Virus record (IMG/VR): IMGVR_UViG_3300036784_000044
Coordinates: 1 to 24,378 of that record
DNA length: 24,378 nt
From: a virus
Lineage: Duplodnaviria; Caudoviricetes
Direction: 5' to 3' (one strand)
The notes under the pieces were generated by a model. The model saw nothing but the letters and a program-made list of their open reading frames with translations. It was not told where the DNA came from and searched no databases. The first letter of the stretch is position 1, and every line of letters starts with the position of its first letter. Both the position numbers and the translations under genes were made by a program. Of the stretch, positions 1-8,114 are shown piece after piece.

Positions 1-528
1 TACAACGTGCCCCATTTCGTGGGATAGCGTCATGTCGATCAGCGAGTGCTGCGTGGCCGTGGGCACCCAGAAGCCCTCTTTTTCCTGATCCTTCTCCAGC
101 TTCCTGGCGTCCCCGTCGCCAATCACGTCGGTCGATCCTGGAGGGAGGAATATCGTGCCATTGGGCATGGTCTCGCCCAGCACAGAGGGATTACCGTGCG
201 CGTCGGGTATGTGGTTGGTGAAGGTGACCACCTGCTGGTCCACGATGCCGGGAATCAGCTTGCGCTGGCGCTCCAGGCTTTTGGCAACCTCGGCGGTCGC
301 TGCGGTCTTGATGGCGTCAGGCATGTACCTGATGTCGGACTTCTCGTCCGGCTCGCTCCAGTCGTCGTCGCCGTAGTAGCCGCCGTAGCCGTGACCTGGG
401 TCGAACCCGATCTTCTCCTCGCCGCCGCCGTCAGCCCCGTGCACCCAGCGACCGTCCGGGCCACGCGGCTCGTTCAGCCAGGCTTTCTCCCAGCCCAGAT
501 CCAGGAGCTGGGAGCTGAGCAGCGTCAC
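1..528 (-). CDS. Putative virion cargo protein with zincin HExxH metallopeptidase motif (3' end runs off the window)
   Basis: Not in the ORF track. GTG at 528 overlaps the TGA of the upstream gene (GTGA) and the frame is open to base 1: MTLLSSQLLDLGWEKAWLNEPRGPDGRWVHG...EGFWVPTATQHSLIDMTLSHEMGHVV. GC3-rich codons. Confidence 0.8.
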   Translation of the reverse strand, partial: MTLLSSQLLDLGWEKAWLNEPRGPDGRWVHGADGGGEEKIGFDPGHGYGGYYGDDDWSEPDEKSDIRYMPDAIKTAATAEVAKSLERQRKLIPGIVDQQVVTFTNHIPDAHGNPSVLGETMPNGTIFLPPGSTDVIGDGDARKLEKDQEKEGFWVPTATQHSLIDMTLSHEMGHVV

Positions 529-3038
529 AGCTTCGCTGCCTGCGCGGTGAGCGCAGCGGCCTGGGACAGAAGAGAGATGGCCTGCTTGGTCAGGGCGGCG
601 ATCTGCGTCTTGATCTGGGCCTGGGCTATGTGCTGCTGCATCGCCGCGATCTGCGCCGGGGTAACTGCCTTGCCAGCCGCCGAGATCATGGCGGCAACCT
701 GGCCCGCAGGGGTAGCTGCGGTCGCGGCCTTCGCCTTGGCTGCCGCCGCTACTCCGGCCGGGGTCTTGGCCGCTGCCGCCTTGGCTGCGGCTGCCGGGGT
801 AACGGCCTTCTTGGCGGCGGTCTTAGACCCGGCCTGCTTGGCGGTCTTGCCCTTGAGCGCCTTCTTCAGGAGCGCTATCTGCCGGGCCAGGCGTGCCGCC
901 TGCGCCCGGAGCCCGGCGGCCCGCTTGAGCAGCGCCGCCTTCTGGCTGGCCTTGGAGTTTGCGGCACTCTGAGCGCCCCCGCCGCCTCCGCCGCTGCCGA
1001 ACTGCCCTCCGGCCGGGGACCCCGCCGCGACGTGCGTGTCCTTGGCTGCCCCGGCCGCCGTGCCTACCAGCTCGATTGCACGCACAACTGCACTGACGTT
1101 TGCATGTGCATGTGCAATTGCCCGCTTGGCGTCCCAGTCGGTGTTGGTGGCCTGCGACGCGGAGCGGACCTCGGCGTGCTTGCTCGTATTCGCCCACTTG
1201 GCCGTTGACGCCTTGGCGATAGCGATGGCGTGGGAGAGATCCCTGGCCCGGCCCTGCCGCAGAATGGCGTGAGCAATGTTCTGGATGTAGGGCGGCAGCT
1301 CCATGCCCTTCTGGTGCCAGAGGCCGGGACCGCCGGGCTTGCCGAACGGGTGCGGCGTGGTCGCCAGGGCCGGGGTCTGCGCGGACAGCTCCAGAATCCG
1401 CCGCCCCAGCTCCTGGTTGGCTGCCTGGATCGTGCGCGACTTCCTGGCGTACGACCTGGCTGCTACGGTGCGCGCCTCGAACACCCGGGTCCTCTTCGGC
1501 TGCGCGGCCAGGCCCTGCCCGGTGTGCAGCAGGTCCAGCTTGTCGGCCGCCGCGTTCAGCCGAGCGGCAAAGTTGGGGTCGCTGTAGGACTCGCGGCTGG
1601 CCGCCTCGCGGATCGTGCCGGAGTGCGCGCGGGCCAGCGACGGCTGGCCCCGGTCGATCATGTCGGCGGCGCGCTTGAGAGCCCGGCTGGCCGGATTTTC
1701 CGGCGTGCTGTCCGGGTACAGGCCAGCGGCCATCTTCGACGCCGAACGGCTGAACGGCCCCTCCCTGGAGCCCACCAGGGCCGAGAAGTTCCGCCCCTGG
1801 TGGTAGTCCGACTCGCGGCCGAGCTGCCGCAGCTCCTCGGCGTGCGCGTGGCTGCCGATGCCGCCCTTCTGCATCCCCTTCGCCATAGCGCTGCTGTCGG
1901 CAACATGCCTGGCCACCGCCAGGCGGTCGGCAGATGCCATGCGCCCGGTCCACCGGCCGTGATGGTCGCGCGGCTGGAGCGGGTTGAACGCCAGCTCGAC
2001 CGCCGTGGTGAGATCGCCGCTCTGCGTCGCCGCCGCGACCTGCTTGGTCTCCCGCTGGCTGGTCATCTGCTGCGGCTTGGACACGTTGATGTCGATCCGT
2101 CCGATATTGGTGGTGTCCGGGGCGTTGAGCGCCTTGTCGCCGCCGGGCTGTCGCGCCGTGGGCTTGTCCGTCAGGTCGTTGCTGCCGTCGCTGGCCCCGG
2201 GCAGGTCGGCGTGCGGTAGCTGGCTGTTCTCCGCCTGCATGTCCTCGATGTCTTTGACCAGCAGCATGTGCCGGTGCACCGCGTCCATCGAGCGCTTGGC
2301 CGCGTCGTGCTGGTCATCGGCCAGCAGCCCGTGACGGCGCAGCGACTGCGGCGTCATGTTGCCGACCGCTGCGGTCAAGTGCCGGTTGGCGGCGCTCGGC
2401 ATGTTGTTGTCCAGTGCCCTGGCCGCGTCGCGGATGTGCTGGTGCGCGCCGAGGTCGGGGTGCCGTTCCTGCATCTGGTCGGCCATCTTGCGCATCGACG
2501 CGGAGACGGTCTTGCGCATCACGCTGGTCGGCTTGTACGCCGGGACCCGGGGCGGCCGGTAGGAACCGGCGGCGAACTCCATCGGGTTGGACAGCTCGTC
2601 CATGCCGCCGCTGTCGTAGCTGTCGGCCTGATTCAGGCTGGGACCGGAGGGAGTGTCCTCTTCGTTGGCCGCTTCCCGCTGCCGCCGCCGGACTTCCTCG
2701 GGGTGCGCCTTCTCCCAGGCCGTGGGCTCGAACGACTTGAGAGCCGCCTGGTCCTTGTAGTCCTGGACCTTCTGGTTGAACATGTCGATCGCTTGCTGCC
2801 GGATCTGGTTTGCCCGCTGCATGTCACCGGCTGCCTTCGCGGCCAGGAACTGGTTGTGCAGGCGCTGGACATCGGGGTGCCTGGCAGCCGACGCCTTGGC
2901 CATCTCGCTCAGCGAGCTGGGGTCCGGCGGCAGGTCCAGTGCATCCACGTAGCTGTTGCCGATGTTGTTGCTAGTCCACTCTCCGTGGGCGTCGCGCCGC
3001 TCCATCGGGTTAAAGTGGAACCCCAGCTCGACGGTCAT
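525..3038 (-). CDS. 837-aa multi-module head-associated protein with Ala/Lys-rich C-terminus
   Basis: Start reassigned to ATG 3038 (ATGA overlap with the MuF stop; CAGGAGGG RBS). Lies just after MuF. Repeated motifs FNPMERRDAHGEWT, FNPLQPRDHHGRWT, HVAAGSPAGGQF; histone-H1-like AAK/TPA tail. Confidence 0.75.
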   Translation of the reverse strand: MTVELGFHFNPMERRDAHGEWTSNNIGNSYVDALDLPPDPSSLSEMAKASAARHPDVQRLHNQFLAAKAAGDMQRANQIRQQAIDMFNQKVQDYKDQAALKSFEPTAWEKAHPEEVRRRQREAANEEDTPSGPSLNQADSYDSGGMDELSNPMEFAAGSYRPPRVPAYKPTSVMRKTVSASMRKMADQMQERHPDLGAHQHIRDAARALDNNMPSAANRHLTAAVGNMTPQSLRRHGLLADDQHDAAKRSMDAVHRHMLLVKDIEDMQAENSQLPHADLPGASDGSNDLTDKPTARQPGGDKALNAPDTTNIGRIDINVSKPQQMTSQRETKQVAAATQSGDLTTAVELAFNPLQPRDHHGRWTGRMASADRLAVARHVADSSAMAKGMQKGGIGSHAHAEELRQLGRESDYHQGRNFSALVGSREGPFSRSASKMAAGLYPDSTPENPASRALKRAADMIDRGQPSLARAHSGTIREAASRESYSDPNFAARLNAAADKLDLLHTGQGLAAQPKRTRVFEARTVAARSYARKSRTIQAANQELGRRILELSAQTPALATTPHPFGKPGGPGLWHQKGMELPPYIQNIAHAILRQGRARDLSHAIAIAKASTAKWANTSKHAEVRSASQATNTDWDAKRAIAHAHANVSAVVRAIELVGTAAGAAKDTHVAAGSPAGGQFGSGGGGGGAQSAANSKASQKAALLKRAAGLRAQAARLARQIALLKKALKGKTAKQAGSKTAAKKAVTPAAAAKAAAAKTPAGVAAAAKAKAATAATPAGQVAAMISAAGKAVTPAQIAAMQQHIAQAQIKTQIAALTKQAISLLSQAAALTAQAAKL

Positions 3039-3706
3039 GCTGCCCTCCTGTACCGGCCAGTGCCCGGGATTCCGTAACTCGGCAGCAGGCGGGCGCCGGG
3101 AAAGAGAGCACCCGCCCGGCACCGGCAGTGCGGGTGGACGGCTCCCGGGTACCCGATCAGCGGCATGTGATCAGCGTAGAAGTTCCTGCCATCTGCCTGC
3201 CTGCATTCTGCGCTGGTCCGCGTGTCATGTACAGTGTGCCAGCCCAGAAGAAGGCCGCGTGTCATTGCCTCGTTATCCACCTGGGCGCCTGCCTGGCTGC
3301 GCTGCCAGGTAGCCACCAGGTGCTGGGCGTAGAACCGGCGCTCGCGGTGTATCGCGCTGGCCAGGGCCGAGAGCTGGCTGGTGTTCCTGCTGCGGGCTGC
3401 GGCCAGGTCGGCGCCGATGCGCCTTGCTGCGGTCAGCACGAACGAGGCCCGGCGCTGGAGGTTCAGCCGCTCGGTCGTCATCGTCGCCGGGCCATAGAAC
3501 CCGGTCACGCCCGGCGGGTTGCTGATCGCGATGTCCAGCGCCGCGAGCACGGCCCGGGGCGGGACGCCCGCGAAGTACGCCGTCCCGGCCAGGCCAGCCA
3601 GGGCAGCAGAGGCAGACACGGCAGTGAGGAGCGCGGTGCCGACCGCCGCGACAGCAGCGGCGTCGGCGGCCGGGTTGACCGGCTGCGGCTGCTGCGGAGT
3701 GGTCAT
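3035..3706 (-). CDS. MuF-like minor head (capsid morphogenesis) protein
   Basis: C-terminal WHTVHDTRTSAECRQADG...YPGAVHPHCRC matches the MuF/SPP1 gp7 pattern (W..D.RT...C...G...P..HP.CRC); downstream of the portal. Confidence 0.85.
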   Translation of the reverse strand: MTTPQQPQPVNPAADAAAVAAVGTALLTAVSASAALAGLAGTAYFAGVPPRAVLAALDIAISNPPGVTGFYGPATMTTERLNLQRRASFVLTAARRIGADLAAARSRNTSQLSALASAIHRERRFYAQHLVATWQRSQAGAQVDNEAMTRGLLLGWHTVHDTRTSAECRQADGRNFYADHMPLIGYPGAVHPHCRCRAGALFPGARLLPSYGIPGTGRYRRAA

Positions 3707-4011
3707 GTGCCTTCATCCCTGCCTACGGCCTGTGTGCGCCAGATCATGAACGCCCGCCAGAGGATTACCGCGCCGGTCCCGAAGACGGCTGCCACCTGGA
3801 ACCAGGCCAGGAACGGCCCGTACGGCACGCCGAACATGACGTGCAGCGGGGCGGGTGCCAGGGACACCCAGACGCAGGACTCCAGCAGGACGATGTTCCA
3901 GCCCCAGTCGCTGCGCCACCACGGCCAGATCAGCGAGACGGCCGGGGTGAACAGGAAGCTGATCCAGAACGTCGCTACTGACGCGATTGCCAGCATGGTC
4001 GGGGGCTGCAC
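3703..4011 (-). CDS. 3-TM membrane protein, putative holin, paralog of 4013..4345
   Basis: Three hydrophobic segments; WPWWRSDWGWN motif; ATGA overlap with MuF. The start could be ATG 3996. Confidence 0.6.
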   Translation of the reverse strand: MQPPTMLAIASVATFWISFLFTPAVSLIWPWWRSDWGWNIVLLESCVWVSLAPAPLHVMFGVPYGPFLAWFQVAAVFGTGAVILWRAFMIWRTQAVGRDEGT

Positions 4012-4012
4012 A

Positions 4013-4345
4013 TTAACCGTCCCCTTGCCTATCGCGCTCGGCCCCGGCCTTCTGGTCCCGGTAGATGAGCACTGTGCGCCAGGCGATGACGAACGGGATC
4101 ACGGTGAGGGCGGCTACCTCGACCCACTCCAGGACCAGGCCGGGCTCGATGCCGAACTCCGTCTTGAGGACGGAAGCAAGCAGCGCCAGGGCGAGCATCT
4201 CGGTCTTGATGGCCATGTTCCAGCCCCACATGCTGCGCCACCACGGCCAGAACAGGCGGACGATGGCGGGCCAGGTGAAGCACACCCAGAATGTGACGCC
4301 GATCGCGTACGTAGCCCATTCCCGAAGGAACTGGAGCTGTGTCAT
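4013..4345 (-). CDS. 3-TM membrane protein, putative holin
   Basis: Three hydrophobic segments; WPWWRSMWGWN motif; charged C-terminal tail; ATGA coupling to the upstream gene. Confidence 0.6.
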   Translation of the reverse strand: MTQLQFLREWATYAIGVTFWVCFTWPAIVRLFWPWWRSMWGWNMAIKTEMLALALLASVLKTEFGIEPGLVLEWVEVAALTVIPFVIAWRTVLIYRDQKAGAERDRQGDG

Positions 4346-4551
4346 CCCCCGCCGTCCTTCAGTTCTCTTGCCCTCCGCTGTATCAGCATGTTCAGCCGGG
4401 GCGCGATGTGGTTCTCCTTGCGCAGGTCCGCGAGCGGGAGAGTCACGTGCTCGTGGTCGTGCGCCAGGCGCTGCTCAGCGGCGGCTAGCTCGCGCTTCGT
4501 CTCTGCGCGGTCTACTGCTACCACGGCCTTTCGCCTCCAGAAAAACCTCAT
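4342..4551 (-). CDS. Small basic helical protein of the type found in actinophage holin cassettes
   Basis: MRFFWRRK start, coiled-coil-like middle, RKENHIAP motif; abuts the upstream stop. Confidence 0.65.
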   Translation of the reverse strand: MRFFWRRKAVVAVDRAETKRELAAAEQRLAHDHEHVTLPLADLRKENHIAPRLNMLIQRRARELKDGGG

Positions 4552-4800
4552 TCACTCCAGCTCCTTGCGGAGACCGAGCATCACGTCCCTGACGATCTGG
4601 CCGGTGACTACCCCGGCGTCGGCCCTCGCCCTCTCCAGCTCAGCGATCCGCTTCCAGTCGTCGCGGTCATCTTTCATCTCCTGGTAGCGCCCCTTGGAGA
4701 CAATCTGGTCCGTGATAAACAGCGCGACGAATATCAGGCAGACGCCGACAACTCCGGCCCCAGCCCCGCCGAACAACTGGAACAGGTCCGCCGCCGTCAC
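4552..4800 (-). CDS. Single-TM membrane protein with coiled-coil tail (holin-cassette-like)
   Basis: CAGGAGGT RBS and GTG start; hydrophobic N-terminus followed by IVSKGRYQEMKDDRDDWKRIAELER. Confidence 0.7.
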   Translation of the reverse strand: MTAADLFQLFGGAGAGVVGVCLIFVALFITDQIVSKGRYQEMKDDRDDWKRIAELERARADAGVVTGQIVRDVMLGLRKELE

Positions 4801-4818
4801 CTGCTACCTCCTGAACTG

Positions 4819-6429
4819 TCATGCCATCCGCCCCGGGGGCGGCACCATCGGCGGCTTAGCGGGCGGGGTAGCCGAGCCGACCGCAGGCGGCCCGGCAGCA
4901 GCGCGAGCACCAGGCGGCGGCGGCCGGAGCCCGGCGCCGCCGTTCTGTGCTGCCGCGTGCTGGGCGATGCCGAACGCTGCGCCGGTCATGCCCTGGAGCG
5001 CCCCGAGGCTGCCCGCTGCCTCCGGCGGCATGCCCGGCGGCGGGTTGCCCGCGAGCTGGTCGGCCCGCTGGCTGGCCGTGGAGATCAGCGCGTTGTGCAC
5101 CTGGTCCACGTCGAGCTGGAGGATCGTCGCCATCCGCTCGGTGATCAGGTCGAACACCGGCAGCGGCACGTGCAGCACAGGAGCGGCGGCCATCTGGCCG
5201 AAGAGAGTCAGCAGCGCCTGGATCTGCTCATCCTGGAGCGGCCCGCACTTGATCTTGGGGAACGCGGCGTCGGACCCGAAGTTCAGGATGACCAGCGGCC
5301 GGGCCACGTCGTGAGAGAGCGACCCGGCTATCTCCTTGGACACGGCCTGGCGTGACTTCAGGTAGAAGCTGCTCTGGTCCTGAGACAGGGCGTAGCTGCC
5401 CTTGCCGCCGGTAGCCGAGCCGGTGAGCGCCATGAACCCGGCCAGCACGCTGTGCGTCTGCCAGCCCTCCAGGAACGACAGCGCGTCCAGGAAGAACTTG
5501 CCGTTGTCGCCGTGCGACTCCAGTACCTCGAACGTCTTGCCGTTGTCCGGCGGTCGCTCCAGGCCGACGACGCCCGAGGACTTCAGGGACGCGATGTTGT
5601 CGGCGCGGTCGTTGGCCTCGTTCTGGTCGTTGCCGTAGACGATGGTCCTGGGCAGCGCCTGGTTCTCCAGGAAGTGGTACCAGAGGTAGAGCAGCTTCAT
5701 CTTGGTCTGGTAGCACCAGTACGACACCTCCATCTCGGAGGTGCCGGTCAGCGGCTCCATGTCCTTGCCGTGCGTATAGATGTAGCTGCGGACCCGGGGG
5801 ATGTCCACGTACCCGGGGACCTTCTGCTTGGACGTCAGCGCCAGGTTGCCGCCGAACAGCCAGACCTGCTGGCGGAAGCCGTTCTGCTCGCCGCTGCGGT
5901 CGTTGTACCGGGCCTGGCAGGTGGCGGGCGGGCGGTAGGCGATCTTGTCATAGATGATCTTGTTGTCGTCTTCGCGGATCTTGTAGACCTTCTCGAAGAA
6001 CGACCGGCGGAAGATCTGCGCCGTGGTGACCTGGCCGATCAGGTCATGCCAAGGCGTCTGCATGCCGCCCTCGCTGTCGGGGGTCATCAGCACCGAGTGG
6101 ACGAACTCTGCCTCGCCCTTGTCGCCCCGGGCTGGCTCTATCGACCAGTCGGCCTCGCGGATCGGCAGGGTGAGCACCAGCTTGATCGCGTTGCAGATGC
6201 CGTCGCGCGAGAACATGACCTTCATGTCCCGCGCGCCCCACTCGCCGTAGTCGAAGACGTCGCCCTCGCCGTAGTAGGCGAACAGCCGCTGGCCCCAGTC
6301 GAACTGGGTGCCGATCTCCTGGCTCATCAGATCGCGCCTGCGGGCGCCGGGAGAGCCGGGAGGTGCCAGGTCGGGGAACTCTACGACGTTGCCGCCGCCG
6401 GAGATCTTGAACCCCTTGCCAGTCGCCAC
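4819..6429 (-). CDS. Portal protein (DUF935/Mu gp29-like)
   Basis: 536 aa between terL and MuF; N-terminal MFSRDGICNAIKLVLTLPIREADWSIEP and C-terminal GSYALSQDQ...ARPLVILNFG..AAFPKI resemble DUF935 portals; CAGGAGGT RBS. Confidence 0.85.
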   Translation of the reverse strand: MATGKGFKISGGGNVVEFPDLAPPGSPGARRRDLMSQEIGTQFDWGQRLFAYYGEGDVFDYGEWGARDMKVMFSRDGICNAIKLVLTLPIREADWSIEPARGDKGEAEFVHSVLMTPDSEGGMQTPWHDLIGQVTTAQIFRRSFFEKVYKIREDDNKIIYDKIAYRPPATCQARYNDRSGEQNGFRQQVWLFGGNLALTSKQKVPGYVDIPRVRSYIYTHGKDMEPLTGTSEMEVSYWCYQTKMKLLYLWYHFLENQALPRTIVYGNDQNEANDRADNIASLKSSGVVGLERPPDNGKTFEVLESHGDNGKFFLDALSFLEGWQTHSVLAGFMALTGSATGGKGSYALSQDQSSFYLKSRQAVSKEIAGSLSHDVARPLVILNFGSDAAFPKIKCGPLQDEQIQALLTLFGQMAAAPVLHVPLPVFDLITERMATILQLDVDQVHNALISTASQRADQLAGNPPPGMPPEAAGSLGALQGMTGAAFGIAQHAAAQNGGAGLRPPPPGARAAAGPPAVGSATPPAKPPMVPPPGRMA

Positions 6430-6485
6430 CGTCGCACCTCCTGACTGACAAGGTACAGGCAGGCAGGCAGACAGGCGAGCACCTC

Positions 6486-6932
6486 TTAGTCAGTGGCGGC
6501 CTCGATGGCAGGCTGCTGCTCGCCGTACGCCTGGTAGAGCGTCTTCTTCGGTTCTACCAGGACGTACGGCAGCATGATCTGCTCTATCTCGGCCAGGCCC
6601 GCCTCGATCATCGCGATCTGTACCTCAAGCCAGTCCTTGAGCACACGCCAGGTCACTCGCGCAGCCTGTTCGCGGGAAGCGAATCGCGGCGGAATGCCGC
6701 CGCTTGCCCGCGACGACCGCAGCAGCGCCTGGTACGTGCCCTCGATGTTGGCGGGCATGTCGAACGCGCGGTCACCCCAGCGGGTGGCGATCACGAACGA
6801 CAGGCCGATCGGCACCTTGTGCTCCATGTCAATGGAGATCTTGCGCGCCCCGGCGTTGGCCAGGATGCCCATGCACTCGGTGGCGGACTTGCTGGGGTCG
6901 ATGGTCGTGGTGTAGTTCAGCGGGCCTGGCAT
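6486..6932 (-). CDS. Conserved phage hypothetical protein
   Basis: Pattern LNYTT.I...K...E...IL...GA..I...EQA.RV.WRVLKDWLEVQ.A.IE.G......LPY, recognisable from many phages; TAGGAGG RBS. Confidence 0.8.
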   Translation of the reverse strand: MPGPLNYTTTIDPSKSATECMGILANAGARKISIDMEHKVPIGLSFVIATRWGDRAFDMPANIEGTYQALLRSSRASGGIPPRFASREQAARVTWRVLKDWLEVQIAMIEAGLAEIEQIMLPYVLVEPKKTLYQAYGEQQPAIEAATD

Positions 6933-6941
6933 GACTGCCTC

Positions 6942-7859
6942 CTACTTGCCGGTGCTGAGCGCCAGGCCGCTGCCCGAGCCGGGGAAGCACTGGAACCCGG
7001 CCGGTAGCTGCCCGGCCTCGGACTTGACGTCGGTCAGGCACTGCGCGACGAGCTGCGCCACGGTGGGCGTGCCCAGCTTGGCGAACGCCGCCGCGTTCTC
7101 GGTGTTGACCTTGACGTTCTCCGTCGCGATGGCGTCGTTGGCGAATGCCTGCTGGATGGCTTGCAGCTTGGCCTCCACCGAGTCGGAGAAGTGCGCGTAC
7201 GGCATGAGCACCGACTTGACCTGGATGTCGGCGCCGATGTCGGTCTCCATCTGTGCCAGGATCTGCGGGCCGAACGACGTGAACTGGCTCGACGCGGTGT
7301 TCGTGCCGGTCACGTTGCTGACGTCGGTGATCGGGTTGTAGTCACCCAGCACCTGGTTGACCACCTGCTTGAACTCGCGCACCACCACGGCGTCGGTGAT
7401 CACGGTCATGAAGTCGCCGTGGTTGGCGTAATTGCTGTACAGCGTGCCCGCTGCTCCCGGCAGGATCTTCCACTGGATCGTGGTGTCCACGCAGGCCGTC
7501 TGCTGGCCGCCGATGCGCACGGTCAGGCAGTTCCTGCCCTCGAAGGTCGTGGTCTGCACGGTCTCGTCCACGTGGACGACGTTCAGCCACGGCTCCCAGG
7601 TCTCGTGCATGCCAGGGCCGAACACGCCCGAGCTGACCGCGCCGAAGGACACCGGCACGCCGATGTTCCTGGTGGGCACCGACTTGACCCCGGCCAGGGC
7701 GAACAGGCCCAGCCCGAGGATGACGCACAGCGCCGCTGCGCTGCCCGATATGCCACGGATGCTGACGCCGCCCTCGGTCTTGCCCGAGACGAACACGGCG
7801 ACGATGGCGAGTATCACCGCCGCCAGCCAGAGCATGATGGCTAGAACGAACCATCCCAT
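6942..7859 (-). CDS. SPFH (band 7/prohibitin) domain membrane protein
   Basis: Start reassigned to ATG 7859 (MGWFVLA). Two N-terminal TMs, then SVPTRNIGVPVSFG...GPGMH..EPW, VDTTIQWKI, IQVKSV...FSDSVEAKL and a coiled coil. Confidence 0.8.
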   Translation of the reverse strand: MGWFVLAIMLWLAAVILAIVAVFVSGKTEGGVSIRGISGSAAALCVILGLGLFALAGVKSVPTRNIGVPVSFGAVSSGVFGPGMHETWEPWLNVVHVDETVQTTTFEGRNCLTVRIGGQQTACVDTTIQWKILPGAAGTLYSNYANHGDFMTVITDAVVVREFKQVVNQVLGDYNPITDVSNVTGTNTASSQFTSFGPQILAQMETDIGADIQVKSVLMPYAHFSDSVEAKLQAIQQAFANDAIATENVKVNTENAAAFAKLGTPTVAQLVAQCLTDVKSEAGQLPAGFQCFPGSGSGLALSTGK

Positions 7860-8095
7860 TTGCGTTGCCTCTCCCTCTCCCTTGCAGCCAGTCGCTCCAG
7901 CTCCGCCGGAGTCTTCGCCTGGCCGAGGTTTGCCAGGTACGCCGTGGTGGCGTCCCGGTCTTCCTGCTCCAGCAGCCCACGAGCACCCTCGCGCACGAGC
8001 CGCTGCTTTCTGCCTTTCACGACGACCACCACGGTGACCACGGCAGCAGCCAGCGTCGCCACGAAGGCGAACAGCAGCAGCAGCAGGTCTGTCAT
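7841..8095 (-). CDS. Single-TM membrane protein, 84 aa
   Basis: AGGGAG RBS 6 nt before ATG 8095; MTDLLLLLFAFVATLAAAVVTVVVVVKGRK. Confidence 0.7.
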   Translation of the reverse strand: MTDLLLLLFAFVATLAAAVVTVVVVVKGRKQRLVREGARGLLEQEDRDATTAYLANLGQAKTPAELERLAARERERQRKWDGSF

Positions 8096-8114
8096 GATCA
8101 TCTCCCTCGTAAGC

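Noticed and set aside
1071-1120. Lower-GC patch with five TGCA copies
   Set aside because: Explained by Ala(GCA)/His codons of AHAHAN; no independent support for a DNA site.
3039-3122. Track start of the 865-aa ORF, and similar over-extended starts at 8207, 11102, 11569, 12619, 14916, 18393, 19135 and 21200
   Set aside because: They overlap upstream genes; downstream starts with an RBS or GTGA/ATGA coupling fit better.
6453-6478. (GCCT)n-like tetranucleotide run upstream of the portal gene, next to TACCTT
   Set aside because: Only about five imperfect units and the -35 is unconvincing; too weak to call a phase-variable promoter.
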